From contig JBNRSN020000010.1 in the NCBI GenBank assembly GCA_051313645.2, forward strand, positions 114,638,001 through 114,702,000: a DNA stretch of 64,000 nucleotides, written 5' to 3'. The translations under genes and the position numbers were made by a program. The DNA comes from Centroscyllium fabricii. Lineage: Eukaryota. The notes under the pieces were generated by a model. That model saw only the letters and a program-made list of their open reading frames with translations. It did not search any database and was not told the DNA's origin. Positions 1 through 12,285 of the stretch are shown piece after piece (position 1 is the first letter of the stretch; each line of letters begins with the position of its first letter).

Positions 1-3000
1 CGTTCTACTCTGGATAATACTTTAAGACAATGTATAGTGTTTCATTAAATAGCGCTTTGACAGGAGATTAACAATGAGGAATCCAAAACTTTCTGAAGAT
101 GCACCTTGGAATTCAAAAAAAAATTGTTTTTCGAAAGAAGAAAGGCGAGAAAAGTCAAATGTTGTCTCTATTCCATTTTCATGGCCATCCTGCTTTTCTT
201 TTGTTTTGGTCAAAACAAAGAAAATGTGGCTATATTTTTGGCCTCATTTATTTCCTGCTAGAGAAACTCAAGGTGACCTTTCCACACAGAACAGAAGATT
301 AATACACACATCTTGCAATTCCACCTTAACTTAGCTTTGTGCAATTTGAGCATGAGCTTACACAGGCTTTTGTCACATTTGATTTCCTGGGAGGGGCTAC
401 AGTGTCAATCCTAGGAGATGACTCACATGAAAGAGTCTCCTTTGCCTGGGGCTACTATTCTGCTTAGTTTCTTTAAGTGGTTATATCTCCTTACAACTAC
501 TTCATGCTTTCCCACAAAATAAGTTCAGACTCTGTAATAAAGAACAATACTCTTCTTGTAAATAATGATTTGAGTGTACAGTATGTCTACCCAAAAGGAG
601 ACAAATCAAATTCTTTTAAATAAAATTAAACAGCAATGCAATGAAATAGTTTCAATTTTTCCTTGGAAAGCAAATAACTAGTTTGGAAAGTCAAAGTACA
701 TGATTTCCCTTCTCTGAGGATTCCACAGCTTTCTAAAACTAATGAAAGGAACACAGGTCACACTCATCCCGTTGACTAATTTGTCAGATAATGATGATTC
801 AGCAGTTTTTTCTACACTGCCTCAACTAGTGAAGTCGCTGTTATGCAAATCATTTTTCACTGTGTGATGGCTGTGAGCCAGAATGTGGACAATGAATGCC
901 CCAGATCTGACCTTGCCTTCAGTAATTCTAATTCTTTCCCTGTCATAGCTTGTGGCTTCACATCCTACTGCATCCTGCTTCTCATGAAAGATTAATCGAG
1001 TGAACTGTCTCACAGGTGGTCACATGATGTGATTCAAAAAGCAGAGGATCCGTATGAGCTACTAGAATGACAAGCAGCAGTGTAAAAGGGATTTGACTTT
1101 AATTATATATGCTGAAAGAGATAAAGGGAGAAATTAAGACCCATTTCAGGCTGATAAAGCACGAAAGCCTATATGATGCAACCAGCAACTAGTGTAACTC
1201 TGATGCTCTAATTGTGTTTGTAGTGCCTCAAGCCAAGATGGCTGCCAGCCTTTGATGTAAACAAGCCTGAAATAATGAAAGAGCCTGCATTCCTTTTAGC
1301 TGGTATATCAAGGGAGTGCCTCAAAAACATCTGAAGTTGAAATATCGAACAAACCTTTGTAACATGCTTAGTTCCTTATGTATTTCCCCATTAAAGAAAA
1401 ATAAATCGGTCTCATGGTTGTCCTTGCACCAAAGTTTAAGAATTGACGAGTAAGGAATTTCTGTCTGATACCCGATATGACAAACACTGCCGGTGAAGCA
1501 AACAATGGTTTCTTTGATATGGGTATTTAAGCTTTCTGGCAAATTAAGGTTATGATGGTGGTTTTCTATGTACCTCTGTTTCAGCTGCCTTTTTTTATAC
1601 TCCTTTAAAAAAGTAATCTTTTACATGGGTTTTTCTTAACACTTTCAACTGCTCATTTCCTAATTTTTCTTTACTTTTACTCTACCATATTTTAAAAAAA
1701 TGTCTATTATTACTTATTAATAACTATTAAATGTCTTATTACTTACTGATAATGTCTGCAAGCTAAAACATAAGCAATGCATTTTAAGCAAACCAAGGGT
1801 TAATTTTAGTTTTAGGTTGCATTGACTTTTATTCATTGAGACTCGCTCTTTCTTGTTCATTCTCCTGTCTTGGGCTCGATGAAGTGTTTCTTATTTTCTC
1901 TTTTGTATTAATCGTGGTTCAGTCGTCACTCCTCACATTTGTGGTGGCCATAATGTACAAGTCAGCAGATTGTGGATACTACTCGGTAGATCAGACGTCC
2001 CGGTGGTCAGCATATGGAATTCATGCTGCTTACACAGCAACACAGATTCAGTATCCATCAATCACCATGTTTTTAAAGTAAACATAGTAAGGAGTAAAAT
2101 CTGTCGCAGTTGAACCTACGTTCAAACCAGACAATATTACAAAGCAATTCTGTGTTGCAACTGAAAAATTGGCAAGACTCCAAACAGCACATATTTCAGT
2201 TCCTAGTCAGTAGGAGCACCTCTTTTAAGTGGCCCAGAAAATGGCTGGGGAGGGGTGGTAAGCTTGTGGAGTGAAGACAAAGCAGGATACACATCCTGGG
2301 AATTCAAGAATGGAAAACTTCAGTTTTAGGCAAAGGCAAAAGTCAATCAGACTGGAATTGATAATTGACATTGTACTTATAAGTGGCACAGTAAAGTTTG
2401 ATTCAAAAATAGCCTGTTTTTGTTAAAATATCTAGATGCATAAAACACACAGCTGGACAACCTCTATTACCACTATAGTCTTTCCTTTCATTAACTTCAG
2501 AGCAACATGATTATAATGTTGTCAAGGTTAAAGGAATATTTCACAGTAGAAAAATGTATTTTGTATTAAATGGAAAACATAATTCTACAGGATGCCACAC
2601 ACAAAACAGTGATACACAATATTACCATAAAATCCACTGGAAAGTCAAATACTGTACACAGGTTTCTATATAGTTTACTACTGTCATTTTGGCCAAGATA
2701 TTTTAAGAGCACTAATTTAAGAGAGACACTCTTATGTAAATGTGCATTAAGTGGAACATATTCTTTATTTTAAAACACTTGATGTTTAGCTTGCATAAAA
2801 CCAGCAAAAATGTAAGTAACAGATTCCTCGGTGACCATTTTTGCAAACGTGAGGTGGGAGCAGATGTGCCCATATTGGCATAATTTCCCAATCCCAGTAA
2901 TATGATTGAGTGGATGATGATGGTTGCTGAATAACTGTTTGTAATACAACTGAACCTTAGATGACCTTGAATATAAAGCATAAAAAGCCAAGGCAAAATT

Positions 3001-3429
3001 ATGTTCTGAAGTAAAATCAATGTGAAGATTTATTATTATTTTTTTTTATTTTTTTTTTTAAAAAGAGAGTTATCTATTCAAATTGGATAATTGTGCTTTC
3101 CTTAAAATTAAATGTCAGTCTAAAAAAAAACTTACATCATATATAAAACACATGCCAAAAATGTTAGAAAATATAATTGGTCAATCTTAGTCTTGATATT
3201 TAATAGAACAAGCCAATGTAGGTTTATTAAAGGATCTTCATCTCATCTCTCACATATCTTCTGTATTGTGGTCTTCCCTGCAAGCATTTTTCTTCAGTCT
3301 TTCAAATGGAGTTATGTGATGTACACGTACTGAAGTGTAAAAACAATGGTTACTGATATGAGCCAGAATATTCCTCAAAGCCTTGATTTTAACAATTTCA
3401 GTGTACAAGTATTCTATTTTGTATCATTT

Positions 3430-3830
3430 CGAAATATACTGATCAGGTTTATATGCCTCAAATTTAAAATTCTCTTCCTTGTATTTAAATTACTCTATGA
3501 CCTCACCCTTCCCCATCTCCTCCGGTCAACCGTGCCCAGTCAGCTCTCCAGTTCACCAACTCCGGCCTCTTGTGCATACCCCTAACCCCACCCCACTTCA
3601 CTTCATCCCACCAATAGCAACTTACGGCTCACTTTTTGAAATTCCTTCCCAAATCCCTCTGCTTCTCCACCTCCCTCTCCTCCTTTAAAACCCACCTTAA
3701 AATCTACCGCTTCCTTTCTTAATCTCTCCTCCTTTGAACTGCCATCTGTTTTTCCTCCTGCTGATGCAAAACCCCTTTGGATATTTTTCTACATTGAAGG
3801 GGCTATATAAATGCAAGTTGTTGCTGCTAT
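3430..3830 (+). mobile_element. L2 LINE 3' fragment (decayed)
   Basis: Residual 'FKILFLVFKLL..LTLPHL' RT C-terminal reading. Ends in the L2-type tail GCTATATAAATGCAAGTTGTTG. Similar to 9440-10445. Confidence 0.6.
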
Positions 3831-4584
3831 ACTCGTTTCGGTTTAGTCAATGAATTAAGCATGCTTTTTGTACTTTGTCTCTGAAGAACATTCACTTTAA
3901 TAATATGCTGCAGTTTACAGCTGACAAAAAATGTTCACGATCTTCAAAATGCTTCTGAAATTCAGAACATGGAGAGTTAATATTCTAACAATTTTATTTC
4001 TGATTAAATTCTCAAATGCATTCTCCACTGATATTACAGATTCCAATCTGAACGTATGTCAGTAGAATTCTAACTCTTGTTTATTGTATTTGCGAGTCAC
4101 TGAGGAATTAAGCTTGTATTTGGCTTTCCTGGAACTGCTTGAAACTATGTCTACTCTTTCACCTTAGAGGAGTGTGCTGGGAATAGCAGTGCTTGACTTG
4201 CCAGAAATTTCATAATGGCACCTCACTGTTTAAATGTCAATGACATATTGATATTTTTCAATGTTTTGTTAATTGCCTTATAAATAAATGAACAAAATTA
4301 CACTTGAACAAAGGGAAAGAATCATGCAAATAGGCATGTTCCAATGTGTTATCCAAAAAAATTCTGAAGGAGTTCTTATTTTATATTATGACATGGGATT
4401 TTATTAAGTTTAGTGCTTGTTTTAATTCTGTAAAAGGTGGAAATCACGTCAGCCATTAGAATTGTTGCCAAATTAAAACCACAATATAAATGACAGCCAA
4501 ATAAACTGAGTATCATTTAACTTTTCATCAGCATGCCTCCATTGTTCATAACCTCCATTCACCTCTCAGTGCAATGACAGAGGA

Positions 4585-6898
4585 CAGGTTGAGCACCGGT
4601 AATCCAGCACCCTCGGGACCAGGCCAGTGCCGGACCATTGAAAATTCCGAACCACTTAAACAATATTAGGTACAACCCAAATGCCCGACGCCCGCCCACC
4701 CTTCACTGAAACTGCGTCACAGTTTACTGTACTAGAAATAACTGGAAAACTGGAAAGACGTAGATAAAGCATACAGTATAAACACAATACAGGTAAGGAT
4801 TAAATAAAAAAATAATTTAATTACCGTGAATACAGCTTTATTTCCACTTACAAAAAATGGTCAGATTATAAGTTCAAGTCAACTTATATCTGAGTTACAT
4901 CAGGGATTTCTTCATTGTCTGTAGTTTCTTCAGGGCTATCAGCTGATGGGGCATCTGGGTCAGACAAGGTAGAGGCGACAGGATTATCGATGCTCCCTAT
5001 AGGGCGTTGACTCTTGGTGACTTCCTTCGTAGTGGTAAACCAGTCTTAAAGGCTTGTCTGTCGCATGTGTTTGACTTTTTCCTTTATAAGCGCTTCTTGG
5101 ACCATGTAAATATTCATGATCTGTTGTTCCCAGATGAAGTTCCGTTGTTCTAATCCTTTTATCAGATCTGTTGCTAACTGAATACATTTGTCAATATAAT
5201 ACCTTTCCTCAACATCATCCTCATCATCACCACCATCATCACATACTTATTCTGATTCTGTACCATTCTAACAATTTCCTCATCTGTCATCTGGTTTACA
5301 ACAGGTACATTATGGTCGACACCCATCCAATCATGTAAGTCATCCTCCTCCAAATTGTCCGTCATCTCCAATACTGCAGGGTTGGACAAACCCTTGGCAT
5401 AATCCATTAACTCTGAAATAATTTGTGCTTCCTCAGAAATGTGAAACCCAACGAAATCAGCTTCAGCATTATCATCATCGTCAAACATAAGAGCTGGCCA
5501 CAAATTATGCCATCCCCATTTTAGAGTGTCGAGAGTTATCTTTTCCCAAGTACGAGCTAGTGACCATACCATATCTTTCATGTTGAAATCTTTAAGAACT
5601 TCTGTCAGGTGCTTCCCTCCATGAACTGCCAGTAATATGCAGTGCATTAATTCAGACCTATACTTTGCTTTCATTGATCGTAAGATTCCTTAATCGCATG
5701 GCTGAATAATAGATGTACAGTTTGGGGGTAAATGGATACCTGTAATGTTACCTTTAATAAGATTTTCAGCCTTAGGGTGGGTGGATCAATTGTCCAGAAC
5801 CAAGATTATTTTACAATTTGGGTCAAGGCCAACACTTTTGCAATGTGCTCGTGACTCTGGCACAAAATGTTTCTCATACCACTCAAGAAAAAATGCAGTC
5901 GTCATCCATCCTTTCTTATTCCCCCGATAAATGACTGGGAAGATTTTAACACCTTTAAACGCACGTGGGTTAACACTTTTTCCAATCATGAGCAGTTTGC
6001 ACCTATGAGTTCCAGCAGCATCACTGCAGCCAAGTACAGTAACTCCCTCCTTCGAATCCTTCAAACCGGATGGTGCCTCCTCATTGTCCGTTGCCAACGT
6101 TTTCCTCGGCATGCACTTCCAATACAGAGCTGTTTCGACCGCATTATACACTTGTTCAGGTGATCATTCCTCAGCTGCAACATACCTGGCGAATTCGTCC
6201 ACATATGCCGTGGCTGCTTCTGTGTCTGCACTTTTTTCTCACCACACACACAATAAAAACTAATGCCGTGCCTATTTTTAAACCTCTGCAGCCAGCCCCG
6301 TGAATATTCACATTCATCCTGAATGTTCAATTCTCTGTGGAATATTTTAGCCTGCGCTATAATCATGTCTCCAAAAATACGGCCTGACTCCACACTGCAA
6401 AACTGCCGAAACCACTGCATGAGAGCACACGCCACGTCAGTTTGCTTACCTTCCTTTAATGTCTTACGTGATTTGATTACCTTTTTACTTTGCGTCAGCA
6501 AAGAATTTTCTAATTTTATCTTTGTTTTTTAATATCGTATACAGTAGATGAGCCAACAATGTACTGATCACACAAGACTCTTAATTATGTTCCGCTGTCC
6601 AGTTTTTTCAATGAATCAACTTTTTCCAATAGCGTTAATGACGCATGCGTACGCTTCACACGATTACCACCACTATCACCACTTCTTAGGTGCCATATTG
6701 AAGGGTAAATTATAGCCAGAAATAAGCACAGACCACGGGGAGTGACGATCACACATGTAAACAATGTTTGTTCATATCGCGGGAAATGGTGGCGCCGCCG
6801 AGCGGCTGCTCCACAAACTAAAGACCACTGGTTTCAATTAGTGCCAGACCAGTGAAGGTGCCGGATTACCGGGTGCCGGACTACCGGTGCTCAACCTG
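4585..6898 (-). mobile_element. Tigger/pogo-type (Tc1/mariner superfamily) DNA transposon, full length but decayed
   Basis: TIRs CAGGTTGAGCACCGGTAATCC (4585) and GGACTACCGGTGCTCAACCTG (ends 6898). Internal transposase fragments. The expected TA TSDs read GA and CA. Confidence 0.9.
5174..6696 (-). pseudogene. Tigger/Jerky-like transposase (CENP-B HTH + DDE_1), frameshifted
   Basis: Starts ATGGCACCTAAG at 6696. Fragments 'WLQRFKNRHGI', 'YNAVETALYWK' (YNADET), 'KGWMT', 'ILVLDN' and 'MKAKYR' are spread over three ORFs. Confidence 0.9.
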
Positions 6899-7174
6899 CA
6901 TCTTGATTTTCTTCCTCAATGGTCTTCAATGGGGTAAACAAAAGCTCGTTTCTTTCAATTCTTCAAAATCAGTTTCTTTGCATCGTCGCAGCTACCATCT
7001 TATATTTTTGATAGTTGCACCCTTAGTTGTTAGCCTCACTACTCTTTGATCTCAAGTGGAACACCCATATATCTTGCATTGCTAAAGCTGCCACCAATAT
7101 GCTAAATTTCTTCTTCTGTGCCAAACACTTGCTTTACCCTCAACAAATTTGAAATTCTCTATGAAGTCCTAGTA

Positions 7175-7515
7175 CAGGAAACTCCTCATTATCCGGCACC
7201 GACGTGTTGCTGGTTTATCAAAATTTCCAGATAACGGAGAGGGTTATCTACTGAGGCTTTTTTTTTTTAAACAAAGAAAAATAAAAAATCAAGAAATGTG
7301 CAGTATACAGTAATTGGGTACTCACCTACAGAATGTTGTGTTAAATAGATGTGGATTGTGGCAGTTTGGAGAACTACCCCCACTGATTAACTCAGCCACC
7401 ACAGAGACTCGGACTCGGCAACATTGCTGGTTATTGAGATGTTGTTTTCGGATGAGAATTTTGCCGGTTAGTAGAGAATTCTGGATATTTAGGTGCCGGA
7501 TAATAGAGTTTCCTG
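7175..7515. mobile_element. Tigger-type non-autonomous MITE
   Basis: TIRs CAGGAAACTCCTCATTATCCGGCACC / GGTGCCGGATAATAGAGTTTCCTG, with TA on both sides (7173-74, 7516-17). Confidence 0.85.
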
Positions 7516-7649
7516 TACATTACAAGACTTGAATACTGATTCCATATATGGAGATTCTATTCAAACAACTCTCTTGTATGCCTGCACAGTGCACAAGAAA
7601 AAGTTTGTCATCTGAAATGCAATCCTTCTCTCTCAGGTTTGTTCTCTGA

Positions 7650-9245
7650 TATGCAATCCATCTATCACGTGATATCAAGAAACGGCTGAGCGCACTGGAT
7701 ACAGCAAAGACCCGACAACATCCTGGCTGTCGTGCTGAAGACTTGTGCTCCAGACTAGGCGTGCCTCTAGCCAAGTTGTTCCAGATCAGCTACAACAATG
7801 GCATCTACCCGACAATATGGAAAACTTCCCAGATATGTTTTGTCCACAAAAAGCAGGACAAATCCAATTGGGCCAATTACTGCCCCATCAATCTACTCTC
7901 AATCATCAGCAAAGTGATGGAAGGTGTCAACAGTGCTATCAAGCAGCATTTACTCACCAGTAACTTGCTCACTGATGCTCAGTTTGGGTTCTGCCAGGAC
8001 CTCTCAGCTCTAGACCACGTTACAGCCTTGGTCCAAACATGGACAAAAGAGCTTAATTCCAGAGGTGAGGTGAGAGTGACTGCCCTTGACATCAAGGCAG
8101 CATTTGACAGAGTGTGGCATCAAGGAGCACTGGTAAACTGGACGTCAAGGGGAAATCGGGGGGGGGGGGGGAGGGTGGTGGAATGCTACACTGGCTGGAG
8201 TCATACCGAAGCACAAAGGAAGATGGTTATGGTTGTTGGAGGCCAATCATCTCAGCCTCAGGACATCGCTGCAGGAGTTCTTCGGGGCAGTGTCCTAGGC
8301 CCAACCATCTTCAGCTGCATCACCAATGACCTTCCCTCCATCATTACATCAGACATGGAGATGTTCGCTGATGATTGCATAGTGTTCAGATCCATTTGCA
8401 ACTCCTCAGATAATGAAGCAGTCTGTGGCCGCATGCAGCAAGACCTAGACAACATTTGGGCTTGGGCTGATAAGTGGCAAGTAACATTTGCGCCACACAA
8501 GTGCCAGGCAATGACCATTTCCAACGAGAAAGTCTAACCACCTCCCCTTGACACACTGAATGGCATTGCCATCGTTCAATCCCCCACCATCAACATCCTG
8601 GGGGTCATCATTGACCAGAAACTTAACTGGAGCAGCCACATAAATACTGTGGCTGCACGAGCAGGTCAGAGGCTGGGTATTCTGCAGTGAGTGACTCAGC
8701 TCCTGACTCCCCAAAGCGTTTCCACCATCTACAAGGCACAAGTCAGGAGTGTGATGGAATACTCTCCACTTGCCTGGATGAGTGCAGCTCCAACAACACT
8801 CAAGAAGCTCGACACCATTCAGGATAAAGCAGGCCGCTTGACTAGCACCCCATCCACCACCTTAAACATTCATTCCCTCCACCACCGGCGCACCGTGTCT
8901 GCAGCGTGTACCATCTACAAGATGCACTGTAGCAACTTCTTTGACAGCACCTCCCAAACCCACAACCTCTACCACCTAGGAGGACAAGGGCAGCAAGCAC
9001 ATGGGAACATTTCCACTTTCAAGTCACACATTATCCGGGCTTGGAAATATATCACCGTCCCTTCATCATCTGTGTTAAAATCATGGAACTCCCTCCCTAA
9101 CAGATGTGGGAGTACCTTTATCACACGGACTGCAGCGATTCAAGGCTCCTCATCACCATCTTCTCAGAGGCAATTAGGGATGGGCAATAAATGCTGGCCT
9201 TGCCAGCTACGACGCTCATGTCCCATGAATGAATTTAAAAAAATC
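7650..9245 (+). mobile_element. 5'-truncated non-LTR retrotransposon (CR1/L2 group), RT region with stops and frameshifts
   Basis: ORF 7743-8537 has RT motifs (NYCPINLLS, QFGF, LDIKAAFDRVWH, GSVLGP, FADD). ORF 8691-9248 continues the C-terminus. Tail CCCATGAATGAATTTAAAAAA. Confidence 0.9.
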
Positions 9246-9439
9246 TAATCGCATAACTACCCTTCTGTCACGTGGTCTTTGAGCATTTAATCAGTGCCAC
9301 TGTGGTCAGTGCTGCTCAGAAGTTTCCACTCTTGTTCCTTCTAAGCTCCAAGTAAAGCATTCTACATGTTTTCCCCTCTCTACATGAAACTGCATTCAAA
9401 TTAAAACTTCTTATACTGTGCCCTGTTCTAATTATTTCC

Positions 9440-10445
9440 CAGGATCTCAAAACTGTGCATCTCCTTACCTTCCAACTCATGCCAAGTCCTGTTCACCCAT
9501 CACCCCTGTGCTCGCTGACCTATATTGGCTCTTGGTCCACCAATGCCTCAATTTTAAAATTCTCATTCTCATGTTCAAATCCTTCCACATCTCTGTAACC
9601 TCCTCCACAAGGCTCTGTGTTCCTCCAACTCTGGCCTCGAGAATCCCCCACTCGCTGCACTTCTATCATTTAGTTTTCAGTTATCTAGGCCCAAAGTTCT
9701 GGAATTCCCTCCCTAAATTTTTCTGCATTTTCACCGCTCTCCTCTTTTTAAGGCCCTCCTTAAAACTTAACTCTTTGACCAAGCTTTTAGTTACCCCTCC
9801 TAATATTTCCTTCTTGGCTTGGTTAGCAATTTTTGTCTGATTACACTTCCAAATGCTCTCCTGACTGGCCTCCCATTTTCCACCCTACATAGAATCATAG
9901 AATGGTTACAGCATCGAAGGAGGCCATTTGGCCCATCGAGCCTGTGCCAGCATGTCCAAAGCTCTGCTGCCCATATCCTAACTCGCACCAAGTCCCATTC
10001 ACCCATCACCCCTGTGCTTGCTGAACTACATTGGCACCCGGTTTTGGTAACAACTCGATTTTAAAATTTTCATCCCTCTTTTCAAATCCCTCCATTGCCT
10101 CGCCCCTCCCCATCTCTGTAACCTCCTCCAGCTGGATAACCCTCAGATCTCTGTGCTCCTCCAAATCTGGCCTCTTGCACATCCCAGGTTTTGATCACTC
10201 CACCATTGGCAGACATGCCTTCAGCTGCAGAGGCTCAAAGCTCTGAGATTCCCTCCCTAAAACTCTCCGCCTCTCTCTCCTTCTTTAAGACACTCCTTAA
10301 AACCTACCTCTGACCAAATTTTTCTGTCCTAATATCTCCTTATGTGATTTGGTGTCAAATTTTGTTTGCTAACACTCCTGTGAAGCGCCTTCGGACATTT
10401 TACTATGCTAAAGGTGCTATATAAATGCAAGTTTTTGTTGTTCCT
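9440..10445 (+). mobile_element. Two adjacent L2 LINE 3' fragments
   Basis: 'SPITPVLADL.WL / FKILILMFKS' occurs twice (about 9480 and 9990). The second copy ends in GTGCTATATAAATGCAAGTTTTTGTTG. Confidence 0.75.
9887..9950 (-). mobile_element. CR1 LINE 3' tail inserted in L2
   Basis: CATAGAATCATAGAATGGTTACAGC..GGCCATTTGGCCCATCGAG is the reverse complement of the CR1 3' ends seen at 12120-12170 and 45925-45975. Confidence 0.75.
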
Positions 10446-10465
10446 TCATTATGAAGCAGCATTCA

Positions 10466-10840
10466 GGGCTATTCAAATGGCGCAGCAAGTTTTTCCAGTG
10501 TGTAGGTGAGCTGTACAGACTAGGCAAGTCCCTGGTTTGATCCCTGATCTGTGTTAAGTTAGCCGATCTTAGCTCTGGAGGAAGTAGTGGTGCTATAATT
10601 GGCCTCAGCACCCCTGAATTGGGAGGGGAGAATTGAACAGGGTTCGATTGCTATTCAATGACCCCTGCTGGAAGTGTGCAGAATTGGGCTCAGCTGTGAT
10701 GTTAAATTCAAGAGCCTCTTGACATTCGGTGCCTAGGTTCGCACATAAATAATAGCCATTTGCTTAAGTATTGGTGGACACCTTGTTGCCACATACCTGC
10801 ACCCCAGCAAGAAGTTAATACTTACAGTAAAAGGGAGAAC
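10466..10840 (+). mobile_element. Old tRNA-derived SINE, AmnSINE2-like
   Basis: A-box-like TGGCGCAGC and B-box-like GGTTTGATCCC, then CTGTGTTAAGTTAGCCGATCTTAGC..ATTGGCCTCAGCACCCCTG..GACCCCTGCTGGAAGTG. Family assignment is from memory. Confidence 0.55.
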
Positions 10841-11879
10841 ATTAATAAAAATATTTAGAATATGGATTTTTAAAAACTTTAATACTGGTGATAAAGTACC
10901 TGTATAAAAAGAGTTTAGAGATGACTTCATGTTCGTAAAATAGGGTGAACAAAAACTATATTCAGACTAGAGTTAAAACAAATTAAAGTAGCTAACCTAA
11001 TTGCTGAAACAGATACGTTTGAATTTGTACCTTAAGGCATCCAAGTGGTGCTTATTGTGTTCTCAAGCAACCAATGGTATTTCTAGAGTTGCTTTCAAAC
11101 ACTACTTAATTATTTCCATAGAAGTTTTCAGATGACTATGCAACACCTACTATTGACTGCACACCGGGATGTGCAGTTTTCCCTTATAGAGGTGCTCTTT
11201 AGATGCATTATTAAGGCATTGGTCCAGAATAAACAATTATTACCTCAGCATGATGTAGACCATATCAACTTGTACCCTTTTATCATCAGCTCTGTCTACC
11301 CTGCCTGAACACAATCTTTGATAATAATGGGATTTTATGTAGTTGAGTTCTGTAGACCCAGCACAAAACTATGAGTGGACACCCTGTGAAAACATTACAC
11401 AGAAGAATTCTAAAGCTAAATGATTATGCAAGGGAAATCTGTACTGGTTAATTTGTGACAATCGTTCACTTAACTACTGAATTTGATTGACGAGCTAACA
11501 TTCAATACCTTTTCCTTTCAGCTTTTACAAATTTAAAAACAATGTGGCAGCATTTCTGCCTCATTTCAACAAAACCAATAATGTGCAGAATTTCAGAATG
11601 TGTGGTGCTATGCAGAAGAGCACAAGAAAGCCAGGACTCACTTTATATTGAATTTGGAGCCAACATTGTCATTTTTGTGCTACATTTTGAAAGCTCAAAT
11701 TCTCAAAGAATTATACACATCTAGAACATGTAATAATACATGGAGAGCAGATAAATAATCTAAGTGAGTGGTCCTCAATTTACTATGTTATACCTAGTTT
11801 TGATCTCACCTACACTTCATTCCAAATAGCTACCAGTTGAATAACAGACAATCTATTACTCCAAGTACTTGGCTACTCC

Positions 11880-12170
11880 AAGTAGGGGCATAGATTTAAA
11901 GTAACTGGTAGAAGAATTAGAGGGGAGTCGAGGAGAACACTTTTCACCCAAAAAGGTGGAGGAGATCTGGAACTTACTGCTTGAAAGGGTGGGAGAGGCA
12001 GAAACCCTCATCACATTTAAAAAGTACTTGGATATGCACTTGAAGTGCTGTAACCTACAGAGGTCCGGCCCAAGAGCTGGAAAGTGGGATTAGGCTGGAT
12101 AGCTCTTTTTCGGCAGGCACACGATGGGCCGAATGGCCGTCTTCTGTGCTGAAAATTTCTATGTTTCTAA
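11880..12170 (+). mobile_element. CR1 LINE 3' end
   Basis: 'RGHRFKV..RR..FFTQ' end of ORF2, followed by GATGGGCCGAATGGCC..TTTCTATGTTTCTA tail. Confidence 0.85.
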
Positions 12171-12214
12171 AATGTGGGGTCCTGAGGTTTTAGCTTTCTT
12201 TTGCACTTGGCAAT

Positions 12215-12285
12215 TTCTTTTATTCGTTCCTGGGATGTGGCAGTCTCTGGCAGGACCAGCATTTATTGCCCATCCCTAATTGACC
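12215..12285 (-). mobile_element. LINE 3' tail of the same family as 7650-9245
   Basis: CAGCATTTATTGCCCATCCCTAATTG is the exact reverse complement of about 9171-9196. Confidence 0.75.

Noticed and set aside
783-912. C/D snoRNA-like boxes (ATGATGA ... CTGA) and an octamer ATGCAAAT
   Set aside because: The apparent stem overlaps the D box instead of flanking it, and no host intron or rRNA guide is evident.
1836-2081. 81-aa hydrophobic ORF, and other short ORFs in 1-3.4 kb and 19-31 kb
   Set aside because: Mostly non-ATG starts, no recognisable homology and no consistent exon chain.
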